Below, one piece after another: positions 8,618 to 16,114 of a stretch of 24,138 nt of DNA. Source of the stretch: a virus (Duplodnaviria; Caudoviricetes); the IMG/VR virus record IMGVR_UViG_3300025277_000150, positions 1-24,138 of that record. One strand, written 5' to 3'. The translations under genes and the position numbers were made by a program. How positions within the stretch are numbered: the stretch's first letter is position 1; every line of letters begins with the position of its first letter. The notes under the pieces were generated by a model, which saw nothing but the letters and a program-made list of their open reading frames with translations, was not told where the DNA came from and searched no databases.

Positions 8618-8874
8618 CTCAACTAGACAAGTTCCGTAATGCGGAACAATACAAGGACACGATTCTTCGTGGAATCGCGCTCAACCCCAAGGCAGGAACT
8701 GCCCGTGGCAATGCCAAGGAAGTCTTGTCTGAACGAGGTGTAACCCTCGAAAGCGTAGTCGAGAAGGACTACAGTACTCTGGACGAAGGACAGCTGGAAA
8801 ACATCATCAGCATGGAACATTCCAGAGAAGCAACGAAGGCTGCTGCTCAAACTGAGCTTGACAGTCGAAACTAA
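8614..8874 (+). CDS. Hypothetical early protein (MTQLDKF..., 86 aa)
   Basis: ATG 8614 coupled to the upstream stop (ATGA); followed by a terminator. Confidence 0.7.
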   Translation: MTQLDKFRNAEQYKDTILRGIALNPKAGTARGNAKEVLSERGVTLESVVEKDYSTLDEGQLENIISMEHSREATKAAAQTELDSRN

Positions 8875-8889
8875 AGAAGGCTAAGAGCG

Positions 8890-8919
8890 GAGGGGTGAAA
8901 TTCCCCTCTTTTCTTTTTT
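8890..8919 (+). terminator. Rho-independent terminator
   Basis: GAGGGG-TGAAATT-CCCCTC followed by TTTTCTTTTTT. Confidence 0.8.
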
Positions 8920-8934
8920 CTCGAATATAAATAG

Positions 8935-9400
8935 GGCAAACACTCTACGCTAGAGGAAGTAACTAGCGTAGGGTTTCTCCAAAGGATACTCAGGGTTAAT
9001 CTACTGAGGGAGACTAATAACATCCTGCCTAGACGAGAGCGTAGACCTTATAGGTCGTGGTAATCGTTGCACTCAAATCCTAGTGATTGTTTAGGCAAAA
9101 TCAGGAGTGTATGGTCGTAGTCTAGACCATAGCGTAGAGCTTAGGCTGTGTACGCTGAAGTGTCCGTTAAAGTGCGGAAAGTTATCGTTTTCGAGGAGGA
9201 ACTCCTTCAAAATGATAATAGAACTGCTATTGGGTACTACAGGTAGATTCTAGAGTCCCCCAATAGTGAGAACCACATAGATTTTTTTAAGAAAAGTGGT
9301 GTTAACTTAAGACCGTTCACGGGGAGTAGTAGTAAGACTCGAAGGATCCTAAATGGTATGATAAGAACCGTACCGAGGCTACCCTACTACTGCTCCCCAA
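8935..9400 (+). ncRNA. Candidate structured non-coding RNA/leader (series of hairpins; no ORF of 60 aa or more in the track)
   Basis: CTACGCTAG/CTAGCGTAG, GACCT/AGGTC, TATGGTC/GACCATA, AGCGTA/TACGCT, CTATTGGG/CCCAATAG and GGGGAGTAGTAGTA (9321-9334)/TACTACTGCTCCCC (9385-9398). Confidence 0.35.
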
Positions 9401-9505
9401 CAAACTACAGGAGAAAATTGTGTATGATATGAATCAAATATACTGGATGAGGATTATCATTATACTATGTATTAATCACACAGTCTATTGTTAGGAGGCA
9501 CAAAC

Positions 9506-9691
9506 ATGAGTAAGAAGTACGGAGTCTGGGTAACTGGAAAGCATAACGTAAAAGGATGGCTCATAGATGATGATGGCTACTGTACTTATGACACCCTAAG
9601 AGAAGCTAACAAGGATGCTAATGAATTTAGCAACGCCTTCAGGGGAAGAGTAACAAAATACGAAGGAAGAAAGTTTAAGAAACCATCTTGA
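9506..9691 (+). CDS. Hypothetical early protein (MSKKYGVW..., 61 aa)
   Basis: AGGAGG RBS before ATG 9506. Confidence 0.7.
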   Translation: MSKKYGVWVTGKHNVKGWLIDDDGYCTYDTLREANKDANEFSNAFRGRVTKYEGRKFKKPS

Positions 9692-9715
9692 CATTCTTGA
9701 AATCTATGGTATAAT
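9688..9715 (+). promoter_or_regulatory. Host sigma70-type promoter
   Basis: TTGACA (9688-9693), 16-nt spacer, TATAAT (9710-9715), with extended -10 TG. Confidence 0.8.
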
Positions 9716-9737
9716 GATACTATGAAAGGAAAATACC

Positions 9738-9866
9738 ATGTTTGATCCTGACATTGATGAGGATGATGGAGAGATGATTGACTGGGATACTCTGTTACCC
9801 GAATGGCTTTATGATAATCATGGAATTTCTTGGAACATAGAGGAGGATTGTGATGACAACAGTTAA
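9738..9866 (+). CDS. Very acidic 42-aa peptide (not in the ORF track)
   Basis: AAAGGA RBS; MFDPDIDEDDGEMIDWDTLLPEWLYDNHGISWNIEEDCDDNS*; first ORF after the 9688 promoter. Confidence 0.55.
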   Translation: MFDPDIDEDDGEMIDWDTLLPEWLYDNHGISWNIEEDCDDNS

Positions 9867-10131
9867 AGAGCATATAGAGAATCTTAATAAATACAATCCC
9901 GAAGATCATGTGTGTCTAACAATATGGACGCGGGAAGATATAATATGGAGAATAGATCAGCTAGTAGGCAACGTAGAGTTTCATGACGAGGATCTTGACT
10001 GGATACTAGAACAGATGGAACATAATCATGACGCTAACTATGGTATCAGTTGGGATACCATAGACTGGTGGATTGATATAGTAGCTGAAGAGAAAAGGGA
10101 ACTAGAAAAACGGGAGAAAACCAATGCCTAA
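9850..10131 (+). CDS. Acidic hypothetical protein, paralog of 10861-11163
   Basis: GGAGG RBS; shares MTT.KE.IE.L, C...W..ED and NHDA..GI.W..I with 10861-11163. Confidence 0.75.
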   Translation: MMTTVKEHIENLNKYNPEDHVCLTIWTREDIIWRIDQLVGNVEFHDEDLDWILEQMEHNHDANYGISWDTIDWWIDIVAEEKRELEKREKTNA

Positions 10132-10603
10132 CTGGTGTCAAAACTTTGTGGATATAACTGTCTGGGGAAAAGATGATGAGGAGATTGCGAGAGAAATCTT
10201 TGACCTTTTCTATGATAATTCCAATGGTGAGGATGAAGTAACTTTTGAAAAGGTATACCCTACGCCAGATGACCTAAGTAGTAAACAAGAATATGACTGG
10301 CACATAAACCACTGGGGAACCAAGTGGGATGCAGCGTCTTCACACATAGAACTCGACGGTGGCTACGTAGAGATGCGGATTGAAACTGCTTGGAGTCCAC
10401 CTGAAGGTGTCTACTGGGCGTTCATGAAGTGGCTAAAGGACAATGGCTATGAAGATAATGTCGATGTCGAATGGTTCTATAAAGAAAGAGGAATGAGATT
10501 ATCTGGCTGGTGTGGAGATAACACAATAGCTGAAGACTATGGTATAGTATATGATGCCCATAATTGGGAAGCTAGTATACCTGAAGAAAACAGGATAAGA
10601 TAA
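10124..10603 (+). CDS. DUF1281/YubB-like (ferredoxin-like fold) protein
   Basis: Characteristic MPNWC.N start and W.INHWGTKWDA and ETAWSPP motifs, recognised from memory of the family. Confidence 0.75.
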   Translation: MPNWCQNFVDITVWGKDDEEIAREIFDLFYDNSNGEDEVTFEKVYPTPDDLSSKQEYDWHINHWGTKWDAASSHIELDGGYVEMRIETAWSPPEGVYWAFMKWLKDNGYEDNVDVEWFYKERGMRLSGWCGDNTIAEDYGIVYDAHNWEASIPEENRIR

Positions 10604-10654
10604 CTAAAGAAATGTCGCATCAAGACATGGAAAAATAATAAGGAGGTACGGTTC

Positions 10655-10861
10655 GTGTATAATTATAAGATTACATTTGAAGAGTATTATGAAGACTATA
10701 ATAGTTTTGATGATTGTCTCAAAGCCTTTCGGATAATGCTTAATGACTTATCAAATGATAAAGATCAGATTCCACTCTACTTTAATTTTGATGAGTATGA
10801 TAAAGAAGAGGAAGCTCTTCATGAGCACGGATATATAAATCGGAAAGGACAGGAACTCTGA
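10655..10861 (+). CDS. Acidic hypothetical protein (68 aa)
   Basis: TAAGGAGG RBS, GTG start; C-terminal EEEALHEHGY shared with the next gene. Confidence 0.7.
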   Translation: MYNYKITFEEYYEDYNSFDDCLKAFRIMLNDLSNDKDQIPLYFNFDEYDKEEEALHEHGYINRKGQEL

Positions 10862-11126
10862 TGACTACTGCAAAAGAATGGATCGAGCGTTTAACAAATG
10901 AATATGATGGTGATGAGACGATTTGTGTGGTAGTGTGGAGTGCTGAGGATGTGGATACATTACTAGGCGATAGGGCTATGGAAGTTTCTCGAATCGAAAT
11001 AGATCATATGCTATCATCTATAGAACAAAACCACGATGCCAGCTCAGGTATTACATGGCAAGATATCGAGTATCGTCTTGATGATATCCTTGAGGAGGAA
11101 GAGGAAGCTCTTCATGAGCACGGATA
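10805..11126 (+). repeat. 29-bp exact direct repeat (10805-10833 and 11098-11126)
   Basis: GAAGAGGAAGCTCTTCATGAGCACGGATA occurs twice, each followed shortly by AAGGACAGGA. Confidence 0.9.
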
Positions 11127-11163
11127 CAATACTAGAAAAGAACAAGAAGGACAGGAGTTATAA
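10861..11163 (+). CDS. Acidic hypothetical protein, paralog of 9850-10131
   Basis: TGATG coupling; motif similarity as above. Confidence 0.75.
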   Translation: MTTAKEWIERLTNEYDGDETICVVVWSAEDVDTLLGDRAMEVSRIEIDHMLSSIEQNHDASSGITWQDIEYRLDDILEEEEEALHEHGYNTRKEQEGQEL

Positions 11164-11339
11164 TGAAACCCGGTGAAACTATCTATGAAGTATGTATTAG
11201 TGGGTTTGAAAATCAAGATTCCGCTACAGAATTTATGTGTTTTATTGCAAATGAATATGGAATAGCACTTAATAATATAGAATTTAAAGCTCGAACCCCT
11301 GTGATTTGGGAGGATTGTGATGTACAATCTAAAGAATGA
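11163..11339 (+). CDS. Hypothetical protein (58 aa, MKPGETIYEV...), not in the ORF track
   Basis: TAATG coupling, AGGAG RBS, fills the gap. Confidence 0.6.
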   Translation: MKPGETIYEVCISGFENQDSATEFMCFIANEYGIALNNIEFKARTPVIWEDCDVQSKE

Positions 11340-11451
11340 TCCTTGGTATAAACTTCATGTTTATTCAGAATTACTGTTGACATGTGCCATACGGTGTGGT
11401 ATAATAGTCAGCATTGGCTATCTTATATGGAGATACTACAATGCAGGTTGA
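11320..11451 (+). CDS. Small hydrophobic peptide (43 aa), not in the ORF track
   Basis: GGAGG RBS; MYNLKNDPWYKLHVYSELLLTCAIRCGIIVSIGYLIWRYYNAG*; overlaps a promoter. Confidence 0.4.
   Translation: MYNLKNDPWYKLHVYSELLLTCAIRCGIIVSIGYLIWRYYNAG
11377..11405 (+). promoter_or_regulatory. Host sigma70-type promoter (perfect consensus)
   Basis: TTGACA (11377-11382), 17 nt, TATAAT (11400-11405), with TG extension. Confidence 0.85.
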
Positions 11452-11516
11452 AGAAAACCACGTTCCACATGGATGTTTAGATGATTTTATGTGTTTTAAA
11501 AGTTGCGAGGAAATAT

Positions 11517-11681
11517 ATGAAGTGGGCAATATGGAACCACACGACGAAGAAATATTTGAAAATGAATGGTCAAACCGTAACCTATGGATCGAAAGACCTA
11601 GCTGTTTCTGAGCAAAGGAACTTAGGTCCTACTTTTGAGGTAGAAAAATATAGAAAGAAACGGGATAGAAACAATGAATAA
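11517..11681 (+). CDS. Hypothetical basic protein (MKWAIWNH..., 54 aa)
   Basis: GAGG RBS before ATG 11517; overlaps the next start. A competing frame at 11441-11611 is also possible. Confidence 0.5.
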   Translation: MKWAIWNHTTKKYLKMNGQTVTYGSKDLAVSEQRNLGPTFEVEKYRKKRDRNNE

Positions 11682-11913
11682 TTATGAGGTAATATGCTAC
11701 GAGTTAGCATCAAATTTAGTGACGGAGGGAGTTGTTGAAGATTGTGCGGTAGGAAATATAGGAAAACACCAATGGTTGCTTGATAGTAACGAATGGTTTC
11801 CTCTTCCTGTAATTGCTGAAAGCCTATATGAATCTCTTCTGGAAGATAGGTGTGTATTTAATTTATCTAGTGAGACAATCCATTTACTTAAGGAGTATTT
11901 GAATGAGTCATGA
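11674..11913 (+). CDS. Hypothetical acidic protein (79 aa)
   Basis: Tightly packed ORF overlapping both neighbours by a few bases. Confidence 0.65.
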   Translation: MNNYEVICYELASNLVTEGVVEDCAVGNIGKHQWLLDSNEWFPLPVIAESLYESLLEDRCVFNLSSETIHLLKEYLNES

Positions 11914-12925
11914 AATGTATAGCACAGATACTGCTATGTACGCTAAGACAAAAGCTTGGCATGGTCTTGGAACTGTTGTCGAAGACTACCCTAATGTTAA
12001 AGAAGCTCTGAAATTAAGTGGACTTGACTGGGAAGTACTACAAAGCGATTATCTATACGCTGAAGTAGAGGGTGATACCTACATTGCTGACGGTTATGTA
12101 GCTAACATCCGAAGCGATACCAATGAAGTACTTGGTGTAGTAAGCAAAGACTACCAGCCAGTACAGAATCGAGAACTGTTTGACATAGCTGAAGCAGCAG
12201 CTGGTCAACACTGCAAGGTTGAAACTGCTGGCTCCCTAAAGGGAGGAAGAAATGTTTACTTACTATTGAAGGCTGACTCGTTCGCCGTAGGCGAAGATGA
12301 GATCCAACCATACTTCGGTCTGTTCGATGGTAAGGATGGAAGCATGTCCACCTGTGGATTGAACACAGGAGTTCGTGTTGTATGTAGCAACACAATGGAG
12401 TATGCTATGAGTGGTGCTATACACAAGGTTACTCTTCGTCATCGAGGCAATACAATTGACGATGTATATGACCAAATGTGTGATGCAATCACAAACTTTA
12501 AGGAAACTGGTAAGATATTCCGAGAGAAGGTAGATCATATTGCTACCTATGCTCATTGGAATGAAGACAGGATTCAAAAATTCTTCAAAGAATGCTATGT
12601 TAATATCATTGACCCTAGCATTAAGAAGGAAAAGGATGAAGTCAAGAAAGAAAAGTATTCTATTAAGATGGGTACTAGTATCATGAAGATGCAGGCAAAG
12701 ATGCAAGCAGAACTAGAACTTAATCTTAATGTTTCAACTGGATGGTTGGCTGCAAACGCTGTGACTAACTACATTCAGAAAAAACAAGGAGAGCGTGGTC
12801 GCAAGACTAGTACAGAATCTCGTATCCAAAGCAACCTTATTGGTGCTGGAGCCACACAAAGTTCCAAGGTTATGAGGACTGCACTTAATTGGAGTAGCAT
12901 CAGCGATTCGCTTCCTGCTAACTGA
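11903..12925 (+). CDS. DUF932 family (phage/plasmid-like protein, TIGR03299-type)
   Basis: AWHGLG, LDWEV, LGVVSKDYQPVQN, ETAGSLKGG and VRVVCSNT motifs; TAAGGAG RBS. Confidence 0.85.
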   Translation: MSHEMYSTDTAMYAKTKAWHGLGTVVEDYPNVKEALKLSGLDWEVLQSDYLYAEVEGDTYIADGYVANIRSDTNEVLGVVSKDYQPVQNRELFDIAEAAAGQHCKVETAGSLKGGRNVYLLLKADSFAVGEDEIQPYFGLFDGKDGSMSTCGLNTGVRVVCSNTMEYAMSGAIHKVTLRHRGNTIDDVYDQMCDAITNFKETGKIFREKVDHIATYAHWNEDRIQKFFKECYVNIIDPSIKKEKDEVKKEKYSIKMGTSIMKMQAKMQAELELNLNVSTGWLAANAVTNYIQKKQGERGRKTSTESRIQSNLIGAGATQSSKVMRTALNWSSISDSLPAN

Positions 12926-12935
12926 TCCCCTCTTA

Positions 12936-12982
12936 AACTGGAGATCCTAGGTTTAATTATCTAGGATCTCCAGTTATTATTT
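12936..12982 (+). terminator. Strong hairpin closing the early region (putative terminator)
   Basis: AACTGGAGATCCTAG (12936-12950) / CTAGGATCTCCAGTT (12961-12975): perfect 15-bp stem followed by ATTATTT. Confidence 0.7.
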
Positions 12983-12991
12983 CCATCTCCC

Positions 12992-13016
12992 AATAATTGG
13001 GTAATGGAGTAACACT
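12992..13016 (+). promoter_or_regulatory. Putative phage RNAP promoter, variant A (AATAATTGGGTAATGGAGTAACACT)
   Basis: 24 of 25 bases identical to 16789-16813; intergenic, just upstream of the RNAP-2 RBS. Confidence 0.75.
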
Positions 13017-13038
13017 CCATATGCCACAAGGAGAATAT

Positions 13039-15486
13039 ATGATAAAATGGAATGAGTTATCTCCTGAGATACAGGAACAAAGGCTATCACTACAGTCTGC
13101 TCTTGAGGAACAGATGCTTTATGATGGTAGTAATAAATACTGGGATGAATATTCCAGAGCCTGTGATGAGGGTATACCTGAACAGCAGTTACTAGACTCT
13201 GTAGTTTTTCAGCTCGCTCCTGTCTATCAAGAATGGATAGATAATATATCTAAAAATAGAAAGACACCTGACTGGGTTCATCCCCTGTTAACTCTAGGTG
13301 CTGCTAAGATGGCTGACCTAACTGTTAGGTGTGTCATTAGAATGTGGCTCAAAGCCAGCATGTTTGGGTTTGGAAGAGATGATATCAAGAGTACGCCCCC
13401 TCTTGCACAGCATGTAGCAAGAACAATATCCAAGGAAGCTATTCATATCATCGCCTACCAGACGGCAAAGGAAACTTTCAAGGACGATTGGAGAAAGCAA
13501 TCCAAGTTCATTAAGAACTGGACAGAGAAAAGATGTATTGCTTTCACAAAGAAAATGCTACAGATTCCCCGCATGACCTTGAAACAAAGAGATGACTTCG
13601 GACACCACATGATTAGGATTGCTGAGCTGTCCTCTGTCATCCATACATTCAGGGATAAGTATCCTCACGGAAAGAACCAATGGAGAAACAAACTATTCGT
13701 CACACTTGATGACAGTATCCTAAAAGATATACACAATAAGCACAAGTTCCTAGAAAATACGACATTATTGTATAGACCTATGGTATGTCCACCTGTGGAT
13801 CATACACTGGAACGAAGCGGAGGGTATCTCCACCACTGGATCAGGAAAGAAGTGGTCCATAGATACAGCTCAGATTATATTACTGAAGAAAGAAAGATTA
13901 ATCAACAATACTCTGAGCCTAGTCAGAAGGTTCTTGACGCAACCAATGCTATGCAAAGAACAGAGTGGACTATTAACACCAGAGTTTTTGATGTTATGAA
14001 TAGCTTGTTCAAGAACAACACAAGACTATGTAATCTTCCTGCCTATTCTTTCGATGCCTTCTCCTTTGGAGATGAGTATCCTAAAGATAGTGGTAAGCAG
14101 GAGCAAGCAATCTGGTGTCAACGCAGAGAAGAAGCGTGGTCTGACTGGTTCAAGGAAGAACAAAAGAGAGGACGGATGTTGGTAAGACTACAGCTTGCTA
14201 TTAATCTAACTCTAAATGGATTCTTTTATATGCCCATGACTCTGGACTTCAGAGGCAGGGGATATACTACCTGTGAACTACTTAGTTGTCAAGGTTCTGA
14301 CTTTGATAGAGGCTTGATAATGTTTGCGAACGCTGTACCACAGACAGAAAGAGGAAGATACTGGATGAAGATCCATATAGCTAACCTCTTTGATATTGAC
14401 AAAGTTAGTTTCAGTGACAGAGTTAAATGGTTTGATGATAATCAAGAAATGTTAAAGAGAATTAATGAAGACCCATACCAGAACAGAGAATGGATAGATG
14501 ATGCGGTCAAGAAAAACAAATCATTCCAAAGAATAGCAGCTGTCTTTGACTACTTCAGAAAAGATGGCATGACTCAGGTTCCTGTCCAAATGGACGGTGC
14601 TTGTAATGGAAGCCAACACTGGGCTGCTATCATGAGAGATCAGGATCTTGCCAAGCTTGTAAATATTATACCGAATGAAGTTCCCCAAGATCTTTATCAG
14701 TATGTAGCAAACAAAAGCACTGAACATTTAAATGATAACAAAGAAAACCCTTGGTATAAAAAGTTTTTAGAATACTGGAAAGGAAATCTTGACAGAAAAA
14801 TTACGAAACGCAGTACAATGTGTGATGCCTACGGGCTCACGTTCTATGGCATTCAGAAGTACATGAAACTTGAGGGTCATGTGGACTGGGTTCCTCATGA
14901 AACACAAGCAGGAGCAATCGTAGAGCTTGCAAGAGCTGTTCAAGCTGGTCTTGGTTCTGCTCTTGAGTCTGCCAATCATGGAAAAGAATATCTTAAAGAT
15001 ATAACTAATATGATATCTACTATGGGACATCACTTAACATATACTGTACCAAGTGGATTCAAGGTAGTGCATAACTATACCAAGATCCGAAAGAGGAGAA
15101 GCTTAGCTGCTCTCTTTAATAATAAAGAGCTTATATTTTGGGAGGATGCTGGAGATCTTGATGCGAAAAAAGCAGAGCAAGGTATTCCACCAAATTATAT
15201 TCACTCTTTAGATGCAAGTCATTTGGTTTGCACTGTGTTTATACTGTATAATATGGGTATCAATTCTTTCAGTATGATACACGATTCATATGGATGTCAC
15301 GCCCCGTTTGTGGATGACATGATAAAAATAACGAAGGAGCAATTTTATGAAATGCATCAAGTCAATCTTCTCGAAGAGCTTAAGAACCAGATCGAAGAAA
15401 GATACAGAATTAGACTACCCAACCCCCCAGTCACAGGACAGCTTAGAATCAAGTCAGTTCTGGAATCGGATTATTTCTTCTCCTGA
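13039..15486 (+). CDS. Canonical T7-like single-subunit DNA-dependent RNA polymerase, RNAP-2 (about 815 aa)
   Basis: DFRGRGY, motif A QMDGACNGSQH, motif B RKITKRSTMCDAYG, PPNYIHSLDA, motif C IHDSYG, C-terminal YFFS; AAGGAG RBS before ATG 13039. Confidence 0.97.
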   Translation: MIKWNELSPEIQEQRLSLQSALEEQMLYDGSNKYWDEYSRACDEGIPEQQLLDSVVFQLAPVYQEWIDNISKNRKTPDWVHPLLTLGAAKMADLTVRCVIRMWLKASMFGFGRDDIKSTPPLAQHVARTISKEAIHIIAYQTAKETFKDDWRKQSKFIKNWTEKRCIAFTKKMLQIPRMTLKQRDDFGHHMIRIAELSSVIHTFRDKYPHGKNQWRNKLFVTLDDSILKDIHNKHKFLENTTLLYRPMVCPPVDHTLERSGGYLHHWIRKEVVHRYSSDYITEERKINQQYSEPSQKVLDATNAMQRTEWTINTRVFDVMNSLFKNNTRLCNLPAYSFDAFSFGDEYPKDSGKQEQAIWCQRREEAWSDWFKEEQKRGRMLVRLQLAINLTLNGFFYMPMTLDFRGRGYTTCELLSCQGSDFDRGLIMFANAVPQTERGRYWMKIHIANLFDIDKVSFSDRVKWFDDNQEMLKRINEDPYQNREWIDDAVKKNKSFQRIAAVFDYFRKDGMTQVPVQMDGACNGSQHWAAIMRDQDLAKLVNIIPNEVPQDLYQYVANKSTEHLNDNKENPWYKKFLEYWKGNLDRKITKRSTMCDAYGLTFYGIQKYMKLEGHVDWVPHETQAGAIVELARAVQAGLGSALESANHGKEYLKDITNMISTMGHHLTYTVPSGFKVVHNYTKIRKRRSLAALFNNKELIFWEDAGDLDAKKAEQGIPPNYIHSLDASHLVCTVFILYNMGINSFSMIHDSYGCHAPFVDDMIKITKEQFYEMHQVNLLEELKNQIEERYRIRLPNPPVTGQLRIKSVLESDYFFS

Positions 15487-15721
15487 TGTTCGATATATTC
15501 TATGGAAAGATGCTCAAAGTTTCGGTGGACCTGAATGGGTTGATCATACTGAAGCCTATGAATGGGCGCACCGTACTCCCCCAACAATGAAGACAGTTGG
15601 GTTTGTATTAAAAGAAACAGAAGAGTGGATAAGTATAACAGATTCCGTTGGTCCTAACGAATGTGGTGGCGTAACCACTATTCCAAAGGTCATGATTTTA
15701 TCTATGGAGAAAATAAGATGA
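15347..15721 (+). CDS. Hypothetical phage protein (W.DA...W...T.G..IP type), overlapping the RNAP-2 3' end
   Basis: AAGGAG at 15334-15339, 7 nt before ATG 15347; the C-terminal half looks like a typical small beta-rich phage protein. Confidence 0.6.
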   Translation: MKCIKSIFSKSLRTRSKKDTELDYPTPQSQDSLESSQFWNRIISSPDVRYILWKDAQSFGGPEWVDHTEAYEWAHRTPPTMKTVGFVLKETEEWISITDSVGPNECGGVTTIPKVMILSMEKIR

Positions 15722-15963
15722 CTCTCATTCCGATCAATTCAGAAGGAGATATGGAGCTGGCTATTAAGGAGACGATTCATATAGCCAGACATAGAGGAAA
15801 GGCAATAGTAGACCTAGCATTTACTACAGAGTTTTTAGCTCAAGTATTTTTATGGAATCTAAATTCTGCTATAGCTCAAACAGGAGTTTCTAGAAATAAA
15901 GATGTAGAATTAAACATCATAATTGTAGGAGACGGTGATGCTGCCGAAGAAATACACGAATAA
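15718..15963 (+). CDS. Hypothetical protein (MTLIPINS..., 81 aa)
   Basis: GGAG RBS and ATGA coupling. Confidence 0.7.
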   Translation: MTLIPINSEGDMELAIKETIHIARHRGKAIVDLAFTTEFLAQVFLWNLNSAIAQTGVSRNKDVELNIIIVGDGDAAEEIHE

Positions 15964-16114
15964 GTATCAAGAGATGCATGATAAAGGTGAGTTCAATGTT
16001 TGGGCTCCTATTCCACAAAAAGATGGCAGCTTCTTGCCTCCACTCGCACAGCAATGGAAAGAAGAGTGGTCACGTAGATGTAAAGCCATGAATAAAGGAA
16101 AGAAAGATGTCTAG
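15938..16114 (+). CDS. Hypothetical protein (58 aa, MLPKKYTNKY...), not in the ORF track
   Basis: AGGAG RBS; fills the gap up to the phosphoesterase gene. Confidence 0.55.
   Translation: MLPKKYTNKYQEMHDKGEFNVWAPIPQKDGSFLPPLAQQWKEEWSRRCKAMNKGKKDV

Noticed and set aside
9420-9494. 24-codon GTG ORF behind AGGAG
   Set aside because: Too short to support without homologs.
11414-11611. ORF 11414/11441-11611
   Set aside because: It overlaps the 11517-11681 frame by 95 nt. It has a GGAG before ATG 11441, so it is not excluded, but I could not support both and left it unlisted.
12997-13038. ORF-track start of RNAP-2 at TTG 12997 (likewise 5320 for RNAP-1 and 20391 for the DNA polymerase)
   Set aside because: These starts fall in promoter or leader sequence; strong AAGGAG RBSs support 13039, 5446 and 20463.
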